Origin: Macrostomum hystrix | Taxonomy: Eukaryota > Animalia > Platyhelminthes | DNA: 64,000 bases | Direction: 5' to 3' | Assembly (NCBI GenBank): GCA_950097015.1 | Contig: CATNEN010000038.1 | Span: 16,740,001-16,804,000, forward strand | Shown here: piece after piece, positions 1 to 13,905 of the stretch | Layout: every line of letters starts with the position of its first letter | Numbering within the stretch: the first letter of the stretch is position 1 | Notes under the pieces: generated by a model | Told to the model about the DNA's origin: nothing | The model's database searches: none | Seen by the model: the letters and a program-made list of their open reading frames with translations, nothing else | Program-made: the position numbers and the translations under genes

Positions 1-3000
1 CAAAGAGTGATTGTTCATGACAATGCTTAACCAATCAAAGAGTGATTGTTCATGACAATGCTTAACCAATCAAAGAGTGATTGATCATGACAATGCTTAA
101 CCAATCAAAGAGTGATTGATCATGACAATGCTTAACCAATCAAAGAGTGATTGATCATGACAATGCTTAACCAATCAAAGAGTGATTGTTCATGACAATG
201 CTTAACCAATCAAAGAGTGATTGTTCATGACAATGCTTAACCAATCAAAGAGTGATTGATCATGACAATGCTTAACCAATCAAAGAGTGATTGATCATGA
301 CAATGCTTAACCAATCAAAGAGTGATTGATCATGACAATGCTTAACCAATCAAAGAGTGATTGATCATGACAATGCTTAACCAATCAAAGAGTGATTGAT
401 CATGACAATGCTTAACCAATCAAAGAGTGATTGATCATGACAATGCTTAACCAATCAAAGAGTGATTGATCATGACAATGCTTAACCAATCAAAGAGTGA
501 TTGATCATGACAATGCTTAACCAATCAAAGAGTGATTGATCATGACAATGCTTAACCAATCAAAGAGTGATTGATCATGACAATGCTTAACCAATCAAAG
601 AGTGATTGATCATGACAATGCTTAACCAATCAAAGAGTGATTGTTCATGACAATGCTTAACCAATCAAAGAGTGATTGATCATGACAATGCTTAACCAAT
701 CAAAGAGTGATTGATCATGACAATGCTTAACCAATCAAAGAGTGATTGATCATGACAATGCTTAACCAATCAAAGAGTGATTGTTCATGACAATGCTTAA
801 CCAATCAAAGAGTGATTGTTCATGACAATGCTTAACCAATCAAAGAGTGATTGATCATGACAATGCTTAACCAATCAAAGAGTGATTGATCATGACAATG
901 CTTAACCAATCAAAGAGTGATTGATCATGACAATGCTTAACCAATCAAAGAGTGATTGATCATGACAATGCTTAACCAATCAAAGAGTGATTGTTCATGA
1001 CAATGCTTAACCAATCAAAGAGTGATTGATCATGACAATGCTTAACCAATCAAAGAGTGATTGATCATGACAATGCTTAACCAATCAAAGAGTGATTGAT
1101 CATGACAATGCTTAACCAATCAAAGAGTGATTGATCATGACAATGCTTAACCAATCAAAGAGTGATTGTTCATGACAATGCTTAACCAATCAAAGAGTGA
1201 TTGTTCATGACAATGCTTAACCAATCAAAGAGTGATTGATCATGACAATGCTTAACCAATCAAAGAGTGATTGATCATGACAATGCTTAACCAATCAAAG
1301 AGTGATTGTTCATGACAATGCTTAACCAATCAAAGAGTGATTGATCATGACAATGCTTAACCAATCAAAGAGTGATTGATCATGACAATGCTTAACCAAT
1401 CAAAGAGTGATTGATCATGACAATGCTTAACCAATCAAAGAGTGATTGATCATGACAATGCTTAACCAATCAAAGAGTGATTGATCATGACAATGCTTAA
1501 CCAATCAAAGAGTGATTGTTCATGACAATGCTTAACCAATCAAAGAGTGATTGATCATGACAATGCTTAACCAATCAAAGAGTGATTGATCATGACAATG
1601 CTTAACCAATCAAAGAGTGATTGATCATGACAATGCTTAACCAATCAAAGAGTGATTGTTCATGACAATGCTTAACCAATCAAAGAGTGATTGTTCATGA
1701 CAATGCTTAACCAATCAAAGAGTGATTGATCATGACAATGCTTAACCAATCAAAGAGTGATTGATCATGACAATGCTTAACCAATCAAAGAGTGATTGAT
1801 CATGACAATGCTTAACCAATCAAAGAGTGATTGATCATGACAATGCTTAACCAATCAAAGAGTGATTGATCATGACAATGCTTAACCAATCAAAGAGTGA
1901 TTGATCATGACAATGCTTAACCAATCAAAGAGTGATTGATCATGACAATGCTTAACCAATCAAAGAGTGATTGATCATGACAATGCTTAACCAATCAAAG
2001 AGTGATTGATCATGACAATGCTTAACCAATCAAAGAGTGATTGATCATGACAATGCTTAACCAATCAAAGAGTGATTGATCATGACAATGCTTAACCAAT
2101 CAAAGAGTGATTGATCATGACAATGCTTAACCAATCAAAGAGTGATTGATCATGACAATGCTTAACCAATCAAAGAGTGATTGTTCATGACAATGCTTAA
2201 CCAATCAAAGAGTGATTGATCATGACAATGCTTAACCAATCAAAGAGTGATTGATCATGACAATGCTTAACCAATCAAAGAGTGATTGATCATGACAATG
2301 CTTAACCAATCAAAGAGTGATTGTTCATGACAATGCTTAACCAATCAAAGAGTGATTGATCATGACAATGCTTAACCAATCAAAGAGTGATTGATCATGA
2401 CAATGCTTAACCAATCAAAGAGTGATTGATCATGACAATGCTTAACCAATCAAAGAGTGATTGATCATGACAATGCTTAACCAATCAAAGAGTGATTGAT
2501 CATGACAATGCTTAACCAATCAAAGAGTGATTGATCATGACAATGCTTAACCAATCAAAGAGTGATTGATCATGACAATGCTTAACCAATCAAAGAGTGA
2601 TTGATCATGACAATGCTTAACCAATCAAAGAGTGATTGATCATGACAATGCTTAACCAATCAAAGAGTGATTGATCATGACAATGCTTAACCAATCAAAG
2701 AGTGATTGATCATGACAATGCTTAACCAATCAAAGAGTGATTGTTCATGACAATGCTTAACCAATCAAAGAGTGATTGATCATGACAATGCTTAACCAAT
2801 CAAAGAGTGATTGATCATGACAATGCTTAACCAATCAAAGAGTGATTGTTCATGACAATGCTTAACCAATCAAAGAGTGATTGATCATGACAATGCTTAA
2901 CCAATCAAAGAGTGATTGATCATGACAATGCTTAACCAATCAAAGAGTGATTGTTCATGACAATGCTTAACCAATCAAAGAGTGATTGATCATGACAATG

Positions 3001-6000
3001 CTTAACCAATCAAAGAGTGATTGATCATGACAATGCTTAACCAATCAAAGAGTGATTGATCATGACAATGCTTAACCAATCAAAGAGTGATTGTTCATGA
3101 CAATGCTTAACCAATCAAAGAGTGATTGATCATGACAATGCTTAACCAATCAAAGAGTGATTGATCATGACAATGCTTAACCAATCAAAGAGTGATTGAT
3201 CATGACAATGCTTAACCAATCAAAGAGTGATTGATCATGACAATGCTTAACCAATCAAAGAGTGATTGTTCATGACAATGCTTAACCAATCAAAGAGTGA
3301 TTGATCATGACAATGCTTAACCAATCAAAGAGTGATTGATCATGACAATGCTTAACCAATCAAAGAGTGATTGATCATGACAATGCTTAACCAATCAAAG
3401 AGTGATTGATCATGACAATGCTTAACCAATCAAAGAGTGATTGTTCATGACAATGCTTAACCAATCAAAGAGTGATTGATCATGACAATGCTTAACCAAT
3501 CAAAGAGTGATTGATCATGACAATGCTTAACCAATCAAAGAGTGATTGATCATGACAATGCTTAACCAATCAAAGAGTGATTGATCATGACAATGCTTAA
3601 CCAATCAAAGAGTGATTGTTCATGACAATGCTTAACCAATCAAAGAGTGATTGTTCATGACAATGCTTAACCAATCAAAGAGTGATTGATCATGACAATG
3701 CTTAACCAATCAAAGAGTGATTGATCATGACAATGCTTAACCAATCAAAGAGTGATTGTTCATGACAATGCTTAACCAATCAAAGAGTGATTGATCATGA
3801 CAATGCTTAACCAATCAAAGAGTGATTGTTCATGACAATGCTTAACCAATCAAAGAGTGATTGATCATGACAATGCTTAACCAATCAAAGAGTGATTGAT
3901 CATGACAATGCTTAACCAATCAAAGAGTGATTGATCATGACAATGCTTAACCAATCAAAGAGTGATTGATCATGACAATGCTTAACCAATCAAAGAGTGA
4001 TTGATCATGACAATGCTTAACCAATCAAAGAGTGATTGTTCATGACAATGCTTAACCAATCAAAGAGTGATTGATCATGACAATGCTTAACCAATCAAAG
4101 AGTGATTGTTCATGACAATGCTTAACCAATCAAAGAGTGATTGATCATGACAATGCTTAACCAATCAAAGAGTGATTGATCATGACAATGCTTAACCAAT
4201 CAAAGAGTGATTGATCATGACAATGCTTAACCAATCAAAGAGTGATTGTTCATGACAATGCTTAACCAATCAAAGAGTGATTGATCATGACAATGCTTAA
4301 CCAATCAAAGAGTGATTGTTCATGACAATGCTTAACCAATCAAAGAGTGATTGATCATGACAATGCTTAACCAATCAAAGAGTGATTGATCATGACAATG
4401 CTTAACCAATCAAAGAGTGATTGATCATGACAATGCTTAACCAATCAAAGAGTGATTGATCATGACAATGCTTAACCAATCAAAGAGTGATTGATCATGA
4501 CAATGCTTAACCAATCAAAGAGTGATTGATCATGACAATGCTTAACCAATCAAAGAGTGATTGATCATGACAATGCTTAACCAATCAAAGAGTGATTGAT
4601 CATGACAATGCTTAACCAATCAAAGAGTGATTGTTCATGACAATGCTTAACCAATCAAAGAGTGATTGTTCATGACAATGCTTAACCAATCAAAGAGTGA
4701 TTGATCATGACAATGCTTAACCAATCAAAGAGTGATTGATCATGACAATGCTTAACCAATCAAAGAGTGATTGATCATGACAATGCTTAACCAATCAAAG
4801 AGTGATTGTTCATGACAATGCTTAACCAATCAAAGAGTGATTGTTCATGACAATGCTTAACCAATCAAAGAGTGATTGATCATGACAATGCTTAACCAAT
4901 CAAAGAGTGATTGATCATGACAATGCTTAACCAATCAAAGAGTGATTGATCATGACAATGCTTAACCAATCAAAGAGTGATTGATCATGACAATGCTTAA
5001 CCAATCAAAGAGTGATTGTTCATGACAATGCTTAACCAATCAAAGAGTGATTGATCATGACAATGCTTAACCAATCAAAGAGTGATTGATCATGACAATG
5101 CTTAACCAATCAAAGAGTGATTGATCATGACAATGCTTAACCAATCAAAGAGTGATTGTTCATGACAATGCTTAACCAATCAAAGAGTGATTGATCATGA
5201 CAATGCTTAACCAATCAAAGAGTGATTGATCATGACAATGCTTAACCAATCAAAGAGTGATTGTTCATGACAATGCTTAACCAATCAAAGAGTGATTGAT
5301 CATGACAATGCTTAACCAATCAAAGAGTGATTGATCATGACAATGCTTAACCAATCAAAGAGTGATTGATCATGACAATGCTTAACCAATCAAAGAGTGA
5401 TTGATCATGACAATGCTTAACCAATCAAAGAGTGATTGATCATGACAATGCTTAACCAATCAAAGAGTGATTGATCATGACAATGCTTAACCAATCAAAG
5501 AGTGATTGATCATGACAATGCTTAACCAATCAAAGAGTGATTGATCATGACAATGCTTAACCAATCAAAGAGTGATTGATCATGACAATGCTTAACCAAT
5601 CAAAGAGTGATTGATCATGACAATGCTTAACCAATCAAAGAGTGATTGTTCATGACAATGCTTAACCAATCAAAGAGTGATTGATCATGACAATGCTTAA
5701 CCAATCAAAGAGTGATTGATCATGACAATGCTTAACCAATCAAAGAGTGATTGATCATGACAATGCTTAACCAATCAAAGAGTGATTGTTCATGACAATG
5801 CTTAACCAATCAAAGAGTGATTGATCATGACAATGCTTAACCAATCAAAGAGTGATTGATCATGACAATGCTTAACCAATCAAAGAGTGATTGATCATGA
5901 CAATGCTTAACCAATCAAAGAGTGATTGATCATGACAATGCTTAACCAATCAAAGAGTGATTGATCATGACAATGCTTAACCAATCAAAGAGTGATTGTT

Positions 6001-7650
6001 CATGACAATGCTTAACCAATCAAAGAGTGATTGATCATGACAATGCTTAACCAATCAAAGAGTGATTGATCATGACAATGCTTAACCAATCAAAGAGTGA
6101 TTGTTCATGACAATGCTTAACCAATCAAAGAGTGATTGATCATGACAATGCTTAACCAATCAAAGAGTGATTGATCATGACAATGCTTAACCAATCAAAG
6201 AGTGATTGATCATGACAATGCTTAACCAATCAAAGAGTGATTGATCATGACAATGCTTAACCAATCAAAGAGTGATTGATCATGACAATGCTTAACCAAT
6301 CAAAGAGTGATTGATCATGACAATGCTTAACCAATCAAAGAGTGATTGATCATGACAATGCTTAACCAATCAAAGAGTGATTGATCATGACAATGCTTAA
6401 CCAATCAAAGAGTGATTGATCATGACAATGCTTAACCAATCAAAGAGTGATTGATCATGACAATGCTTAACCAATCAAAGAGTGATTGTTCATGACAATG
6501 CTTAACCAATCAAAGAGTGATTGTTCATGACAATGCTTAACCAATCAAAGAGTGATTGATCATGACAATGCTTAACCAATCAAAGAGTGATTGATCATGA
6601 CAATGCTTAACCAATCAAAGAGTGATTGATCATGACAATGCTTAACCAATCAAAGAGTGATTGATCATGACAATGCTTAACCAATCAAAGAGTGATTGAT
6701 CATGACAATGCTTAACCAATCAAAGAGTGATTGTTCATGACAATGCTTAACCAATCAAAGAGTGATTGATCATGACAATGCTTAACCAATCAAAGAGTGA
6801 TTGATCATGACAATGCTTAACCAATCAAAGAGTGATTGTTCATGACAATGCTTAACCAATCAAAGAGTGATTGTTCATGACAATGCTTAACCAATCAAAG
6901 AGTGATTGATCATGACAATGCTTAACCAATCAAAGAGTGATTGATCATGACAATGCTTAACCAATCAAAGAGTGATTGATCATGACAATGCTTAACCAAT
7001 CAAAGAGTGATTGATCATGACAATGCTTAACCAATCAAAGAGTGATTGATCATGACAATGCTTAACCAATCAAAGAGTGATTGATCATGACAATGCTTAA
7101 CCAATCAAAGAGTGATTGATCATGACAATGCTTAACCAATCAAAGAGTGATTGATCATGACAATGCTTAACCAATCAAAGAGTGATTGATCATGACAATG
7201 CTTAACCAATCAAAGAGTGATTGATCATGACAATGCTTAACCAATCAAAGAGTGATTGATCATGACAATGCTTAACCAATCAAAGAGTGATTGATCATGA
7301 CAATGCTTAACCAATCAAAGAGTGATTGATCATGACAATGCTTAACCAATCAAAGAGTGATTGATCATGACAATGCTTAACCAATCAAAGAGTGATTGTT
7401 CATGACAATGCTTAACCAATCAAAGAGTGATTGATCATGACAATGCTTAACCAATCAAAGAGTGATTGATCATGACAATGCTTAACCAATCAAAGAGTGA
7501 TTGATCATGACAATGCTTAACCAATCAAAGAGTGATTGATCATGACAATGCTTAACCAATCAAAGAGTGATTGATCATGACAATGCTTAACCAATCAAAG
7601 AGTGATTGATCATGACAATGCTTAACCAATCAAAGAGTGATGTTCATGAT
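1..7650. repeat. 35-bp tandem satellite CAAAGAGTGATTG(A/T)TCATGACAATGCTTAACCAAT, about 218 copies, runs off the left edge
   Basis: Exact 35-bp periodicity from position 1 to about 7640. The only variable site seen is A/T at unit position 14. The last unit degenerates into unique sequence at about 7641-7650. Confidence 0.98.
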
Positions 7651-7694
7651 TCCAAACTCGCGATTTTGAATCGAGCAGATTCGCTTCTCTGGTT

Positions 7695-7873
7695 TTCTAT
7701 TGGTCAGCCGCTGGACCAATGAGAAGTCGGTGTATTTAAAATAGCGCTTGCTTCTGTAGACTCAATAAGCTGTCACAGGTCCTAAAGAATAGCTGACTCC
7801 GCAGCACTCACTTGATCATGATAACGGTAAAGACAGAGTATTTCAGTTTTACCACTCAGTGTCTCCGGTAAGT
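7695..7873 (+). promoter_or_regulatory. Putative Pol II promoter and first exon: ATTGG (7699), CCAAT (7716), TATTTAAAA (7733), then 5' splice donor CCG|GTAAGT (7867/7868)
   Basis: CCAAT boxes and a TATA-like box in canonical order, followed about 130 nt later by a consensus donor. The nearest downstream + strand gene is innexin-1. Function is inferred from motifs only. Confidence 0.45.
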
Positions 7874-7904
7874 GTAAATTACCTATGCCAGATTACATAT
7901 TGTT

Positions 7905-8420
7905 TATGGACTCTTCCCGAATGACTCTTCAAGAATGACCCTTCAAGAATGACCCTTCCCGAATGACTCTTCAAGAATGACCCTTCATGAATGGCCCTTC
8001 CATAATGACCCTTCCCGATCACATTTCCCGACTGACTCTTCAAGAATGGCCCTTCCCGATGACATTTCCCGACTGACTCTTCAAGAATGGCCCTTCCCGA
8101 ATGACCCTTCCATAATGACCCTTCCCAATGACATTTCCCGACTGACTCTTCAAGAATGGCCCTTCCAGAATGACCCTTCCCGAATGACCCTTCCCGAATG
8201 ACCCTTCTAGAATGATCCTTTCAGAATGACCCTTCATGAATAGCCGTTCCCGATGACTCTTCCCGAATGACTCTTCAAAAATGACTCTTCAAAAATGACT
8301 CTTCAAAAAATGACTCTTCAAAAAATGACTCCTCAAAAAATGACTCTTCAAAAAATGACTCTTCAAAAATGACTCTTCAAAAATGACTCTTTAAGAATGA
8401 CTCTTCAAGAATGACTCACC
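7905..8420. repeat. Degenerate 13-15-bp minisatellite GAATGAC(T/C)CTTC(AA/CC)
   Basis: Repeated GAATGACTCTTCAA / GAATGACCCTTCC / AAATGACTCTTCAA units. These account for the repetitive ORFs at 7977 and 8040. Confidence 0.9.
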
Positions 8421-8834
8421 AATTGATTTCTTTGAATTAATATAGTTAATTGGCTCTTTTCGAATGACTCTTGTCTTGACATCTGATAGGAAATTACATG
8501 ACAATTCCTGGCTTCAGAACGATCTTTCTTTCCGAAAAATCAAAACAAGTTTTTTGAAGGGCTCACAAAATTACTGGATTTCAATGGTCATTTCAATGGT
8601 CGAGCGAACTGAATAGCCAATGTTTAATTAAATCCCGTTTCAAAGAATTTCTATTCCCCCTTTCGAATCGCAGAATTATCCTGTTAAAGTGCGCGCCTGG
8701 TTGCAGCCCTCAAATGTCACCAAACTGAATGGAAGAAGGACCTTACTACCGGGACATTGACCATCGCACCGCTGGAGGCCCCAGACGCTCATTTTCAAGG
8801 TAGGCAATTTTTTTACATTCTTTCATCACTTAAT

Positions 8835-9155
8835 GGGGTCGGTGGCAGAGCGGTTAACGCGTTTGCTTTTCGCACAAAGGTCCCTGAGCTCGATTCCGCA
8901 GCGAGGCCACATTCATTTGCGGCGCAGCCGTGGAGAGAAGGCTTGGGGGGCTTGTCGTGCAATTTAAGCCCTTTGGGGCCAAGGGCCAAGGCGCACTGAG
9001 AGTGAATCTGCCTGACGATGAGAAAGTCAGGGCAGATGTACACACCTGTGTGACCGCTCCTCGCTGGCTGCGGGTCTACGAGTGTAGTGTAGTGTTGTGC
9101 GTCTCGTAGTTTCATCAAATTATTTACCATTTCCCGCAGCCCTCCTACAATTTTA
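8835..9155 (+). mobile_element. tRNA-headed SINE family A, near full-length copy
   Basis: A-box-like GTGGCAGAGCGG and B-box-like GAGCTCGATTCC. The body matches copies at 26503, 51446, 54817, 57020(-) and 60260. Confidence 0.8.
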
Positions 9156-9744
9156 CTTTTTTCACAAACTTTTGATACGTTCCAAAACTGAACTCAAACT
9201 ATATACAAGCAGAGAAGCTAAAGTACGTCAAGTAGTACTGAGTTCAATGCGTGTTCTTAACTTTGCTGCATCGAAAATCTCTGCTATGAAGCTTTTTTGC
9301 CAGATAATAAATTCAATTTATTATCGGCCAATAAGGACCCATAGCCAAGCTGTGTTTACAACCAGTTTAGTACAACACAAAGACAGGGACGAATATCAGT
9401 CCAATCAGTGAGCAAGGTTCTGAGACCTGCAGTATGATCAGCAGTCTCGCCTCTTGAATATAAGATCCGAGGCAAGTAGAATTTGCGATAATTCAATTTG
9501 GCCTTTTCCAAAAAGCCGAGCTGCTCAACTTTCGAGCTAGTTGATTGCCCCACCGCTTCATAGGTTTAGCATCTGTTCGTTGCGTTCACCGGTTGCACGA
9601 CCTTGTTAAAGAACTGTTTTTTTAGTATCTTTATACCAGAACATTTCTAGCTGTTCAACACTAGCTCATGTTAGGCTCATTTTAATATTTTGAAGTGGGC
9701 TGTGGCACTGGTGCATCATTTGGTTACAGAAGACCCGCTGACAT

Positions 9745-9912
9745 CAAGGAGGCAATGCTCATTCCGCCGCTGATCCATGAGCACTCACTCACACAGGTGT
9801 GTAAAACTGCCCTGACTTTCTCATCGTCAGGCTGAGAAGAGTGTACACTCTCACTGCGCCTTGAAGGTCGGCCCTCAAGGGCGTAAATTTCAGGACAAGC
9901 CACCAAGCCTTC
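9745..9912 (-). mobile_element. SINE family A, partial copy
   Basis: Reverse complement of the CTGACGATGAGAAAGTCAGGGCAG core and its flanks. Confidence 0.7.
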
Positions 9913-10777
9913 TAAACAATGAATGAGCCTAGCATGTCTATTCTCAGAACCCATTCATTTGTAAAGAGCAACCGTGTCAATAGAAATCAACAATCAGTTG
10001 GCTTTTCTCAAAGCCATTGAAACGCAAGCATGGATTGCATAACAATAGACATAAGCTCGAATTAGGCAGAAGACAAACAGCGCTGCTCACTTTGAATGCA
10101 AGAACACGATTTGGTCGACCCTGACTGTAGGCCACGGTATTGTTTTCCTAAGCGAGCTAAAACAAAGAACGAATTGATGCGCCTAAACTCCACTCAAATC
10201 AAGGAGGCACTTGAGTTTCCTGTTTGCTTTAATACCTGTTCAGTCATGACATTCACTGCCGTGGGAGGCTGTTTCAAGTGGATCGAATGGCTGTCTCTTT
10301 AGGTTTTTAGCTTCGATGCATTTCAGACAGATAACTTCGCTTCATGATTTGAAGTGTTCTCTTCCCCTATATCTCCGGAAGTTGCTCAATTTCTTTCAGA
10401 CTTCAAGATACCGCTAAAAGGATTAGACCCATGTTGCATCGTTAATTTCAGCTGTCCTACATTGTATCTGTTGTATCGACCTTGAAAAGCACGCCATAGT
10501 ATCACGCAAACTGTGCGTGACAACAAAAGAAAATAAGATGCGATGATGGCACGCATGTGGCGCGTGATTTCAAGGTCACTGTCCAATATAACTTTCAATA
10601 TAATATTTTTAACTTAAAATCGAAACTATACGACATTAAACTCGTAGTTTTATGAAGGAAAATATTAACAGGAACAGGACCTAGTTTTTAATTGTGGCAT
10701 CCCGACAGAGCACGGAATAAATTAGTGACCCATGGACTCGATTAACAAACTATTCTATTCCATTTTACGTGGACTAG

Positions 10778-11392
10778 TGGCGGTTTTAGCCTAGTGGTTA
10801 AAGCGTTGGACTCGCAATCAAGATCGGACTTGGAATCGAGATATTCAATGGTTCTGGCCGAAGGTAGGATTTTTCCAATAAGCGCAAGCTTGTGTATTTG
10901 ATACACCCCTATACACAAATTAGTACTGCGCCTCAGTGCGACTTTTTCAGGCCTTCTAAATTTATCAGCATGTCACCCGAATGTGCCTGCATCGTCTGTC
11001 TTATGTGGTCACCTAGGTCACCTACCTTTATCTAGACGGATTTGCTGAACCTTCAAGGGCTATAACAGGTATAACTAGGCCACTATGGACGCGAATTTCT
11101 CCAATTTCGCAGCTCAATCACAGTACACAATTGCCTAGAGTGTCAACCAATCAGTCACCACCCAATTAACGCTTTTAGCATTTCAGGCGCTGTCAAAAAA
11201 TTTCACCCTTGGTACAAAAACGGGCCGCAGAATGGCTTGGTAGTCCACCTGTTAAGGTCGAGGGTTCGATTCCCGACTCTAGTAAAACAATTTGTCTCCT
11301 TTAGCTAGACACTTAACTCCGCACCTAGCTATTAAATGGTTGTCCATGGACTGAGCAGCCAGCTATACGCAGCCTTCAGATGCGCCGCGCGA
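10778..11392 (+). mobile_element. SINE family B copy (head 10778-10820, body 11254-11392) interrupted by a ~420-bp non-autonomous repeat (about 10836-11255)
   Basis: The A-box head TAGCCTAGTGGTT is separated from the B-box GGTTCGATTCC by a segment homologous to 59406-59822. Confidence 0.65.
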
Positions 11393-12130
11393 TAAATCAA
11401 AAATAACATTTCACACTCGACTAGCAATCAACTCTGTTTCTTCTACATAAATGTACATACCTTGTAAATGATTTGAAGACAAGCCCCAATCTACACGGGA
11501 CCAGTTCGATATTATCGTACACAGGCTAATACACGTCCGGCATACACAACTGACTCCTACTCAGATACGAATCGGATACAAATGAAAGGTGAAATCGGAT
11601 AGTTTCTTGTGCTTCTTTGCTTTCTAAAAAACCCCGGCGCTACATTTTGCATCCAGCCGCTGGCTACAGAACGCGGGCATCCGTGCCTGAATGAATGACA
11701 AACAGCTTTCAATTTCTAGCAACTCAGCCCCACTGCCATACGAATACGTGTGAGCGGCTCTTATTTAGATCTCACATCTCATTATCGGCGGGATTATCGG
11801 CTGCCCTGTTGGCTTCGAAGCCATGAGCCAGCTGCTGCTCTCCGCTGATGGAGCTCCCCCCCGCACTGAGTCCAACCTTATTGAGCACATTGAGCACGAC
11901 GCTTGGCCGTACTGTGGCTGGAAAATGGGATCAAATGAAAGTCTCTATACTTCTCTGCCGATTAATAATGCATGAGTGTTTGGTTAACAACGGGTGTACA
12001 TAATAGCAATCGATTATTACTTGGTAGTGTGCAATCTCGAAGGGAAACTAAATGCCCTTCTTTAATTACTGTGTTATCTTTTGATTTAGTGACGATATTA
12101 GCAACTTATTACTCTTCTCCATTCTTGAAA

Positions 12131-13905
12131 TTAGACTAGCAATCCATTCTATTCCTTCAACGATTGGCTAGACTAGCAATCCATTCTACTCCTTCACCCA
12201 TTGGCTAGACTAGCAATCCATTCTATTCCTTCAACGATTGGCTAGACTAGCAATCCATTCTACTCCTTCACCCATTGGCTAGACTAGCAATCCATTCTAT
12301 TCCTTCACCCATTGGCTAGACGTGCAATCCATTCTACTCCTTCACCCATTGGCTAGACTAGCAATCCATTCTACTCCTTCACCCATTGGCTAGACTAGCA
12401 ATCCATTCTATTCCTTCACCCATTGGCTAGACGTGCAATCCATTCTATTCCTTCACCGATTGGCCAGACTAGCAATGTATTCTACTCCTTCACCCATTGG
12501 CTAGACTAGCAATCCATTCTATTCCTTCACCCATTGACTAGACTAGCAATCCATTCTATTCCTTTAACGATTGGCTAGACTAGCAATCCATTCTATTCCT
12601 TCACCCATTGACTAGACTAGCAATCCATTCTATTCCTTCACCCATTGGCTAGACGGGCAATCCATTCTATTCCTTCACCCATTGACTAGACTAGCAATCC
12701 GTTCTATTCCTTCAACCATTGACTAGACTAGCAATCCATTCTATTCCTTCACCCATTGGCTAGACTAGCAATCCATTCTATTCCTTTAACGATTGGCTAG
12801 ACTAGCAATCCATTCTATTCCTTCAACCATTGACTAGACTAGCAATCCATTCTATTCCTTCACCCATTGGCTAGACTAGCAATCCATTCTATTCCTTCAA
12901 CCATTGACTAGACTAGCAATCCATTCTATTCCTTCACCCATTGACTAGACTAGCAATTCATTCTATTCCTTCAACCATTGACTTGACTAGCAATCCATTC
13001 TACTCCTTCACCCTTTGACTTGACTAGCAATCCATTCTATTCCTTCACCCATTGGCTAGACGTGCAATCCATTCTATTCCTTCACCGATTGGCCAGACTA
13101 GCAATGTATTCTACTCCTTCACCCATTGGCTAGACTAGCAATCCATTCTATTCCTTCACCCATTGACTAGACTAGCAATCCATTCTATTCCTTTAACGAT
13201 TGGCTAGACTAGCAATCCATTCTATTCCTTCACCCATTGACTAGACTAGCAATCCATTCTATTCCTTCACCCATTGGCTAGACGGGCAATCCATTCTATT
13301 CCTTCACCCATTGACTAGACTAGCAATCCATTCTATTCCTTCAACCATTGACTAGACTAGCAATCCATTCTATTCCTTCACCCATTGGCTAGACTAGCAA
13401 TCCATTCTATTCCTTTAACGATTGGCTAGACTAGCAATCCATTCTATTCCTTCAACCATTGACTAGACTAGCAATCCATTCTATTCCTTCACCCATTGGC
13501 TAGACTAGCAATCCATTCTATTCCTTCAACCATTGACTAGACTAGCAATCCATTCTATTCCTTCACCCATTGACTAGACTAGCAATTCATTCTATTCCTT
13601 CAACCATTGACTTGACTAGCAATCCATTCTACTCCTTCACCCTTTGACTTGACTAGCAATCCATTCTACTCCTTCACCCTTTGACTTGACTAGCAATCCA
13701 TTCTATCCATTCTATTCCTTCACTCATTGACTTCACTAGCAATCCATTCTATTCCTTCACCCATTGACTTGACTAGCAATCCATTCTACTCCTTCACCCT
13801 TTGACTTGACTAGCAATCCATTCTATCCATTCTATTCCTTCACCCATTGACTAGACTAGTAATTCATTCTATTCCTTCAACCATTGACTAGACTAGCAAT
13901 CCATA
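12131..13905. repeat. 37-bp minisatellite GACTAGCAATCCATTCTA(T/C)TCCTTCACCCATTG(G/A)CTA, about 47 copies, with a 629-bp higher-order duplication
   Basis: Period 37 (GACTAGCAAT at 12171 and 12208). The rare variant CCGATTGGCCAGACTAGCAATGTATT recurs at 12456 and 13085, which is 17 units apart. Confidence 0.95.

Noticed and set aside
1-7650. CRISPR-like array (35-bp repeat with dyad symmetry)
   Set aside because: Units are head-to-tail with no unique spacers, there are no cas genes, and the context is eukaryotic.
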